Origin: an uncultured bacterium
GTDB lineage: Bacteria; Actinomycetota; Coriobacteriia; Coriobacteriales; Coriobacteriaceae
Direction: 5' to 3'
DNA length: 64,000 nt
NCBI GenBank assembly: GCA_905215065.1
Contig: CAJMOF010000005.1
Coordinates: 23,589 to 87,588 of the forward strand
A program made the position numbers and the translations under genes. Numbering within the stretch: the stretch's first letter is position 1; the number at the start of each line of letters is the position of its first letter. Shown here in pieces: positions 57,788 through 64,000 of this stretch. Below the pieces are notes generated by a model. It made no database searches and was not told the origin of the DNA. It saw only the letters and a program-made list of their open reading frames with translations.

Positions 57788-57967
57788 CAAACGGGATGGT
57801 GCACCCACAGGGGCGCATTTTTCTTGCCGCCCCTCTGCTCCAATGCGGGCGTGCCCTTACCCCGTACGCCTAAAACTCCCCAGTTGACCGAAAACCCGCC
57901 GCCGCTACTCCTCAATTGAGCTATAACGTTAAACAATTGCAGCGTTTTAGCATGGGGGAGTGATGGT

Positions 57968-60850
57968 ATGACGCTACTGTATTTCCTTACCCTGTTTCCG
58001 CTGGTACCGGCGCTGGGCATGCTGCTCGCGCGCGGTGACCGCGCCCGCGATGCGGCGGGGCTCATAGGCTCCGGCATTATTATGGCGGTGACAGTTGTAG
58101 TCGCCGTCATGTTTTTTGGCACGGGTCCGCAGAGCTTTGAGGTTGCCCCCGGCACCTCGCATGTGCTCTCGATCATCAGTTCCGTTATCGACGTCATCCT
58201 GTGCGCTGTCATCCTGTACAACGCGTACAAATATAGGAACGCGCTCACCACGGTGCTCGGCATAGTCCAGCTGGTGGGCTCGCTCGCCTTTGCAGCCATG
58301 ACGCTGCCCGCGGCCGAAGCCGTCACGGCAACGCCACTCTACCTGGACTACATGAGCGTGATCATGGTCCTCGCCGTCGGCATCGTTGGCAGTCTAATCT
58401 GCTTGTATGCCCTGGGCTACATGAAGGACTTCCAGGCCCATGACGAGCACGAGGCCGCGCTGCGCGGGCAGACCGCGCCCGACCGTCGCCCGCAGTTCCT
58501 GGCGCTCATGTTCCTGTTCCTCTCGGCCATGTTCGTCATCGTGACGAGCGACAACCTTGAGTGGCTGTTCTGCGGCTGGGAAATCACCACCGTGTGTTCG
58601 TTCCTTATGATTGGCTACACGCGTACGCCCGAGGCCATCAAGAACGCCTTTACCCAAATCATCCTCAACATGCTGGGCGGCATCGCGTTTTTGGCCGGAC
58701 TTATGTATCTGCACGTTAACGGCATGCCGCTGACCATCTCGGGCATGATCGAGCTTTCCGGCACCGGAACCGCGCAGTCCGCGCTGCTGGTGATGCCGGT
58801 CATCTTGTTGTCGCTCGCCGCGCTCACCAAGGCCGCACAGATGCCGTTCCACACTTGGCTGTTGGGTGCCATGGTTGCACCCACTCCCACGAGCGCCCTG
58901 CTGCACTCGTCAACCATGGTCAAAGCCGGCGTGTTCCTGATGGTCAAGCTGAGCCCACTCTATGCCATCTACCCCGTGACCGGCTTTATGGTCACGAGTG
59001 TGGGTGCCATCACGTTTTTGCTCGCTGCACTCATGGCCATCTCGCAGAGCAACGCCAAACGCGTGCTCGCGTACTCCACCATTTCCAACTTGGGCCTCAT
59101 CAGTGCCTGCTTGGGTGTCGGCGCGCCCGAGGCCGTATGGGCGGCCATCTTCCTGATCTTGTTCCACACGGTGGCCAAGTCGCTGCTGTTCCTGTGCGTG
59201 GGCACGGCCGAGCATCATATCGGCAGCCGCAATATCGAGGACATGGACGGCATGTTCAGCCGCATGCCGCACCTGACGCGTCTGATGATGCTGGGCATTA
59301 TGGGCATGTTTGTGGCGCCGTTTGGCATGCTCGTGTCCAAGTGGGGCGCCCTGGTGGCGTTTGCGCAGACCGGCAACGTGCTCATGATCATGGTGCTTGC
59401 CTTTGGCTCGGCCGCGACGTTTTACTTCTGGGGCAAGTGGCTTGCCAAGCTTTCGGGCGTCGACCCCACGGCTCAAAACGTTGAGGTCAATGTCCATAAG
59501 ACCGAATGGATGGCCCTCAACACCATCGCCGCGCTGCTGATTCTGTGCTGCGTGGCGTTTCCGGTTATCTCGAGCGGTCTGGTGTCGCCTTACTTGGCCA
59601 TGGTGTTTGGCCGCGTGCCGTACGTTATTGGCAAGGACGCCATGTATCTGATGGTGGTTATCGTGGCTTTTATCGCCGTGGTGCTGCTGACGTCATTCCG
59701 CGTGAGCAACAAACCGCACGTCAACGTGTACCTTTCGGGCGTGGGAACCGACAAATATCGCCATTTCCGCGGCTCGATGGGACACGAGGTGAAGGCCGAA
59801 AAGCGCAATTGGTACTCGGAGGACGCCCTTGGCGAGAAGCGTATTGGCCCCGCGGGTAGCGTCGTATGCTGCAGCATTATCTTGTTTGCGCTGCTGTGTT
59901 GCGCATGGATTGGGCCCGAGCGGCTTGCCATGAGCGCGCCCTCGGTGCTGCGCGGCAAGTATTTCGAAGGTTCGGGCGTCGTGGGCATCTTTATTGGCAC
60001 CGTGGCGTTTGCCTTGCTGGCGCCGCTTGCGGGCGGCTTGATCGACGGCATCGACCGCAAACTTTCGGCTCGCATGCAGGGCCGCGTGGGCCCGCGCCTG
60101 CTGCAGCCCTTCTACGACGTTGCCAAGCTGCTGCGCAAGGCCCCTGCCAGCGTAAACACCATGGACGATACCTATATGGCGTGCGCGCTCATCTTTACCG
60201 TCGTGGGCGGCGGCATCTTTGTGTCGGGCTCCAACACGCTGCTGTGCGCTTTTATGGTGACTCTCGCCGCGATCTTTGTGGTGCTGGCGTCCGCCTCGAC
60301 GCAAAGCCCGTTTGCGCAGGTCGGCGCCGATCGCGAGCTGCTGCAGGTTATGAGCTACGAGCCCGCCGTTCTGCTGATGAGCGTGGGCCTGTATCTTGCC
60401 ACCGATAGCTTCGATTCCATCGCCGTGACCGGGCAGTCGGCGCCCATCATCGTGTACAGTGCGCCCATTTTCCTGGCGCTGCTTGCGGTGCTCACCATCA
60501 AGCTACGCAAGTCGCCGTTTGACCTTTCGTACTCGCATCACGCGCATCAGGAGATTGTCCAGGGCATCGCCACCGAGATGAGCGGCGGCACGCTGGCCAA
60601 GATGACCCTTATGCACTGGTGCGAGACCGTGCTGTTTTTGATGTGGGTGGGCATGTTCTTTGTTTGGGACAACCCGGTGAGCTGGGTCGTAGCCCTGGTC
60701 GTGATGGCCGCGACGTATTTTGTCGAGGTGCTGATCGACAACACCTTCGCACGCAGCACCTGGCGCAGCTGCTTTAAGCTCGGCTGGGGCGTGGCGCTGG
60801 TGTTTGGCCTGCTCAACCTTATGCCCATCCTCGTCGACGTGTTTATTTAG
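57968..60850 (+). CDS. Fused membrane subunit of a group 4 [NiFe]-hydrogenase: NuoL/HyfB/EchA-like antiporter module plus NuoH/HycD/EchB-like module
   Basis: N-terminal ~640 aa carry GWEITTVCSFLMIGY and LLHSSTMVKAGVFL (NuoL-type). C-terminal ~300 aa carry RKLSARMQGRVGPRLLQPFYDVAKLLRK and SPFDL..H.EIVQGIATEMSG (NuoH-type). Confidence 0.8.
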   Translation: MTLLYFLTLFPLVPALGMLLARGDRARDAAGLIGSGIIMAVTVVVAVMFFGTGPQSFEVAPGTSHVLSIISSVIDVILCAVILYNAYKYRNALTTVLGIVQLVGSLAFAAMTLPAAEAVTATPLYLDYMSVIMVLAVGIVGSLICLYALGYMKDFQAHDEHEAALRGQTAPDRRPQFLALMFLFLSAMFVIVTSDNLEWLFCGWEITTVCSFLMIGYTRTPEAIKNAFTQIILNMLGGIAFLAGLMYLHVNGMPLTISGMIELSGTGTAQSALLVMPVILLSLAALTKAAQMPFHTWLLGAMVAPTPTSALLHSSTMVKAGVFLMVKLSPLYAIYPVTGFMVTSVGAITFLLAALMAISQSNAKRVLAYSTISNLGLISACLGVGAPEAVWAAIFLILFHTVAKSLLFLCVGTAEHHIGSRNIEDMDGMFSRMPHLTRLMMLGIMGMFVAPFGMLVSKWGALVAFAQTGNVLMIMVLAFGSAATFYFWGKWLAKLSGVDPTAQNVEVNVHKTEWMALNTIAALLILCCVAFPVISSGLVSPYLAMVFGRVPYVIGKDAMYLMVVIVAFIAVVLLTSFRVSNKPHVNVYLSGVGTDKYRHFRGSMGHEVKAEKRNWYSEDALGEKRIGPAGSVVCCSIILFALLCCAWIGPERLAMSAPSVLRGKYFEGSGVVGIFIGTVAFALLAPLAGGLIDGIDRKLSARMQGRVGPRLLQPFYDVAKLLRKAPASVNTMDDTYMACALIFTVVGGGIFVSGSNTLLCAFMVTLAAIFVVLASASTQSPFAQVGADRELLQVMSYEPAVLLMSVGLYLATDSFDSIAVTGQSAPIIVYSAPIFLALLAVLTIKLRKSPFDLSYSHHAHQEIVQGIATEMSGGTLAKMTLMHWCETVLFLMWVGMFFVWDNPVSWVVALVVMAATYFVEVLIDNTFARSTWRSCFKLGWGVALVFGLLNLMPILVDVFI

Positions 60851-60862
60851 GAGGCGGCATCC

Positions 60863-61480
60863 ATGGATCATAAAATGTCGCGCTCGCCGTGGGTTATTCA
60901 TTACGACGGCTCGAGCTGCAACGGATGCGATATCGAGGTGCTTGCTTCGCTCACGCCACTGTTCGATGCGGAGCGCTTTGGCGTGGTCAACACCGGCAAC
61001 CCCAAGCATGCGGATATCTTTTTGGTGACGGGGTCGGTCAATGCCCAGAACCTGCCCATCGTGCGCCAGATCTACAACCAGATGCTCGAGCCCAAGTGCG
61101 TGGTGGCATGCGGCATTTGCGCGTGCTCGGGCGGCGTATTCCGCGATGCCTACAACGTGATCGGCGGCGTGGACCGCGCGATTCCCGTGGATGTGTACGC
61201 GCCCGGGTGCGCCATTCGTCCCGAAACGGTGATCGATGCCATCGTGGAGGCGTGCGGTATCCTGGACCAGAAGGAGGCCGTGATGCGCGCCGGCGGCGAT
61301 CCGCTCACCGTGGGCGGCGCCGCCACCTGGGACGGTGGCGTTGAGCTGGGCGAGGACGGGTTTGTGGCTGCGGGGGCCGGGACTGACGGTGCCGGTGACG
61401 CGCCTGCCGGGAAGCCCGCCGCACCCGCTGCTGGCGACGCACCTGCTGAGACGCCCGTCGCTGCAAAGGAGGCCGAGTAA
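60863..61480 (+). CDS. Hydrogenase small subunit, NuoB/EchC/HycG-like, with an Ala/Gly/Pro-rich C-terminal tail
   Basis: Cys ligands GSSCNGCDIE, ACGICACSGG and PGCAIRPE. Tail ..GAGTDGAGDAPAGKPAAPAAGDAPAETPVAAKEAE. Confidence 0.85.
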   Translation: MDHKMSRSPWVIHYDGSSCNGCDIEVLASLTPLFDAERFGVVNTGNPKHADIFLVTGSVNAQNLPIVRQIYNQMLEPKCVVACGICACSGGVFRDAYNVIGGVDRAIPVDVYAPGCAIRPETVIDAIVEACGILDQKEAVMRAGGDPLTVGGAATWDGGVELGEDGFVAAGAGTDGAGDAPAGKPAAPAAGDAPAETPVAAKEAE

Positions 61481-62199
61481 TGCAAAAGGCTATCTATACC
61501 ACCGTTGGGCTCGACGAGCTTCTGTCGCATGTCCAGGCGCTCAAGGGCGCCGGTGCCCGCTTTGTGCAGATGCACGCCGAGCGCTGTGTGGACGACGGAT
61601 CGTATCGCCTGGTCTATACGTTTATCAACGTTCGTGCTGCTCAGGAGCATATTGCGCAGGACGGCAGCTATGCGATCGAGAACCTGGTGGTTGAGGGAAT
61701 TGATCGGTACCAGGAGATTCCGTCCATCAGCTCGTACTATCCGGCGGTATTCCCGTTTGAAAACGAAGCGCACGACCTATTCGGTCTTGCCATCACCGAT
61801 ATGCAGATCGACTTTAAGGGCTTTTTCTACCAGGTCTCGACTGCCGAGCCCATGAGCGTTATCACGCCCGAGGTGAAGGCTGCGCGAGAGAAAGCCATGA
61901 AGGTCCGTGCCGCTGCCGAGGCCAAGGCGCGCAAGGCCGTGGCCGAGAAGGCCGCCGCTGCTGCGGCTGCTGCAGGGGAGGGCGCCGCGGGCGCTGGTGA
62001 TGCCGCGGGCGCCGCCGTCGCTCGGCCCGCTGCGGCTGCCGGCTCCGATGCTCAGCATGACGAGGCCGCGGCCAAGGCCGCACTTAAAGCCGCCGAGATG
62101 GAGGCAAAGCTCGCCGCCATGGATCCCGAGAAAGCGGCCAAGGTCCGCGCGGCGCTTGCCGCCAAGGTCGTCCGCGACAAGCAGAAAAAGGAGGCGTAA
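61480..62199 (+). CDS. NuoC/CooU/MbhK-like hydrogenase subunit with a long Ala/Lys/Glu-rich tail
   Basis: FENEAHDLFGL matches the NuoC (W)xEREvxDxFG signature. About 110 C-terminal residues are low complexity. Confidence 0.65.
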   Translation: MQKAIYTTVGLDELLSHVQALKGAGARFVQMHAERCVDDGSYRLVYTFINVRAAQEHIAQDGSYAIENLVVEGIDRYQEIPSISSYYPAVFPFENEAHDLFGLAITDMQIDFKGFFYQVSTAEPMSVITPEVKAAREKAMKVRAAAEAKARKAVAEKAAAAAAAAGEGAAGAGDAAGAAVARPAAAAGSDAQHDEAAAKAALKAAEMEAKLAAMDPEKAAKVRAALAAKVVRDKQKKEA

Positions 62200-62204
62200 G
62201 GTCC

Positions 62205-63293
62205 ATGGCACATCGCTCCGTTATTCCGTTTGGCCCGCAGCACCCGGTGCTGCCCGAGCCGCTTCATCTGGACCTGGTGATCGAGGACGACCGCGTTCTC
62301 GAGGCAATTCCGCAGATCGGCTTTGTGCACCGCGGACTCGAGAAGCTCACCGAAAAGCGCGACATGCATCAGTTTGGCTACATCGCCGAGCGCATCTGCG
62401 GCATCTGCGCCGTGGGCCACAGTTACGGCTATGCCAGCGCCTGCGAGCGCATGCTCGGCATCGAGGTGCCCGGGCGCGTGCAGTATATCCGCACCATTTT
62501 GCACGAGCTTTCGCGCATTCACTCGCACCTGCTGTGGCTGGGCCTGCTCGCCGATGCCTTTGGCTTTGAGGCGCTGTTCTATCGGTCGTGGACCCTGCGC
62601 GAGCAGATTCTCAAGATCTTCGAGAGCACGTGCGGTGGCCGCGTGATCCTTTCGATTAACGAGATCGGCGGCCTAAAGCACGACATTGAGGACTCCGAGC
62701 TGGCTGGCATTGTCCAGACGCTCGATGCCATGCGTCCCGACTACGAGGCCCTGGTGCATACGTTTTTGGACGACGTCAGCTGTGGCGAGCGCCTGCATGG
62801 CGTGGGCGTGATCAGCAAGAAGGACGCGCTGGATCTGTCGATGGTCGGCCCGTTTGGGCGCGCCTCGGGCGTGGACTACGACGTGCGCATGTTTAGCGAC
62901 GGTGCCTATGCGGACCTGGCTGCGTTTGAGCCGGTTGTCGCCACCGATGGCGATTGCTATGCCCGCTGCCAGGTGCGCTGTGCCGAGGTCACGCAGGCCA
63001 TGGACATCATTAAGGAGCTTGTGGGCAAGATTCCGCACGACGGGATCGGCGGGCGCACCAAGCTTACGCCGGCCGACGGCGCACGCGGCGAGGTTGTGAT
63101 TGAGCAGCCGCGCGGCGAGGCGTATTACTATGTGCGCGGTAACGGCACCAAGAACCTGGACCGCTTCCGCGTGCGCACGCCGACGTCGCAGAACCTGGCG
63201 GGTCTGACACATGCGCTGCAGGGCGTGCTCCTTGCCAACGTGCCCATGATTATCCTGACCATCGACCCCTGCATTAGCTGCACGGAAAGGTAG
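62205..63293 (+). CDS. [NiFe]-hydrogenase large subunit, group 4 (EchE/CooH/HycE-C-like)
   Basis: L1 motif RICGICAVGH and L2 motif DPCISCTER (Ni-Fe cysteine ligands). Short 362-aa NuoD-like size. Confidence 0.9.
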   Translation: MAHRSVIPFGPQHPVLPEPLHLDLVIEDDRVLEAIPQIGFVHRGLEKLTEKRDMHQFGYIAERICGICAVGHSYGYASACERMLGIEVPGRVQYIRTILHELSRIHSHLLWLGLLADAFGFEALFYRSWTLREQILKIFESTCGGRVILSINEIGGLKHDIEDSELAGIVQTLDAMRPDYEALVHTFLDDVSCGERLHGVGVISKKDALDLSMVGPFGRASGVDYDVRMFSDGAYADLAAFEPVVATDGDCYARCQVRCAEVTQAMDIIKELVGKIPHDGIGGRTKLTPADGARGEVVIEQPRGEAYYYVRGNGTKNLDRFRVRTPTSQNLAGLTHALQGVLLANVPMIILTIDPCISCTER

Positions 63294-63300
63294 GCGCGGC

Positions 63301-63642
63301 ATGAGTTTGCTGACATTTGCCAAGACGGCCTTGGGCTCTATGGTCAAGCAGCCGGTAACGGTGTGCTATCCGCAGGAGAAGCTCGCGGCACCCGAGCGCT
63401 TGCGCGGGCATATCGTCAACGACATGGACGCGTGCATCTGCTGCGGCATGTGTGCGCGTCGCTGTCCGGCGGGCGCGCTCGCAGTCGATCGCAAGGGTGG
63501 AACGTGGTCGATCGACCCGTATGCCTGCGTGGTGTGCGGTGAGTGCATCGAGAGCTGCCCCAAGCACTGCCTGACTATGGACACCGCCCGCACCCCAGTC
63601 GCAGCGGACAAGACTCCCACAGTAGAAACCAAGCCGGAGTAG
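63301..63642 (+). CDS. 2x[4Fe-4S] ferredoxin-type subunit (NuoI/EchF/CooX-like)
   Basis: CICCGMCARRCP and CVVCGECIESCP motifs. Confidence 0.85.
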   Translation: MSLLTFAKTALGSMVKQPVTVCYPQEKLAAPERLRGHIVNDMDACICCGMCARRCPAGALAVDRKGGTWSIDPYACVVCGECIESCPKHCLTMDTARTPVAADKTPTVETKPE

Positions 63643-63729
63643 CGCAGGGGTAGAACTGGAATAGGGGCCGGCGGGGCAAAAATGCCCCGCCGGCCCCGCG
63701 CGTGAGCGCGCGGTTGTGCCGCTGCGAAC

Positions 63730-63881
63730 AAAACTATGCCGGATTACGGGACTGGATAGCGAACCTCCGACCATATCGAAAACCAAGATAATAAAACCGC
63801 AGGTAGACTGCTTGCTGTTTTTCAAAAATAGGGGGTATGGATGAGGGCTCCGACTTTAGCCCCGTAAACCGGCATAGTTTT
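63730..63881. mobile_element. MITE-like element, family 2, copy 2 (inverted relative to copy 1)
   Basis: AAAACTATGCCGGATTACGGG .. CCCCGTAAACCGGCATAGTTTT. The interior (..AATAATAAAACCGCAGGTAGAC..) aligns with the reverse complement of 32788-32895. Confidence 0.8.
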
Positions 63882-63920
63882 GAAATGGCACCATATCAGT
63901 AACAGCCTTTGATCTCCCGT

Positions 63921-64000
63921 GGACAGAGGGAAACGGATCATTTTTGCCTTGCGAGGGCTGCCGCGTGACCCGTCTGCCACGAAATGGGCCCATCTACTAT
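63921..64000. repeat. Family 3 intergenic repeat, copy 3 (cut by the window end)
   Basis: GGACAGAGGGAAACGGATCATTTTTGCC..GCGTGACCCGTCTGCCACGAAATGGGCCCATCTACTA aligns with the reverse complement of 33152-33238. Confidence 0.65.

Noticed and set aside
63274-63825. 183-aa minus-strand ORF after the hydrogenase large subunit.
   Set aside because: It is antisense to the well-supported 2x[4Fe-4S] ferredoxin gene and continues into MITE family 2 DNA.

Overview
High-GC chromosomal window from a Gram-positive anaerobe. Gene content suggests Actinomycetota, probably a Coriobacteriia or Collinsella-like genome, but that is inference only. Most of it is housekeeping. It holds a 2,137-aa wall-anchored GH31 glycosidase with a nearby class-B-like sortase, and purE plus purF-purM-purN. 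It also holds an orphan PTS EIIA, a PrsA-like foldase, YqeY, an amino-acid ABC transporter, NfnAB-like oxidoreductase genes, and glmU-prs ... pth. Further on are an ECF transporter module, xthA, a Sir2 deacylase, a fused folP-folK, a degenerate BirA-like gene, coaX, an initiator-type tRNA-Met and an OYE/FadH-type flavin reductase. A compact group-4 [NiFe]-hydrogenase operon sits at the 3' end. The standout is a tightly packed four-gene operon (43137-56680). It encodes three single-pass, signal-anchored proteins whose N-termini resemble SipW/TasA-type signals, followed by a 3,556-aa secreted beta-helix-repeat giant with no LPXTG anchor. On its left lie an iteron-like repeat array and a DUF4143 ATPase. 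On its right lie a MITE copy, an AT-rich repeat patch and an orphan IS3-OrfA-like gene. The window is also rich in intergenic repeat families: a ~205-bp MITE with 27-bp TIRs (4 copies), a 152-bp MITE (2 copies), an ~85-100-bp element (3 copies), ~40-bp REP-like palindromes (3 copies), a palindrome pair at the coaX 3' end, and a 3 x 80-bp hairpin array after the tRNA. Two copies of the first MITE bracket a lower-GC DUF559-like gene inserted between prs and pth. Many long ORFs in the six-frame track are antisense artefacts of the high GC content. No GC, identity or homology values were computed. All functional calls rest on motifs read from the translations.
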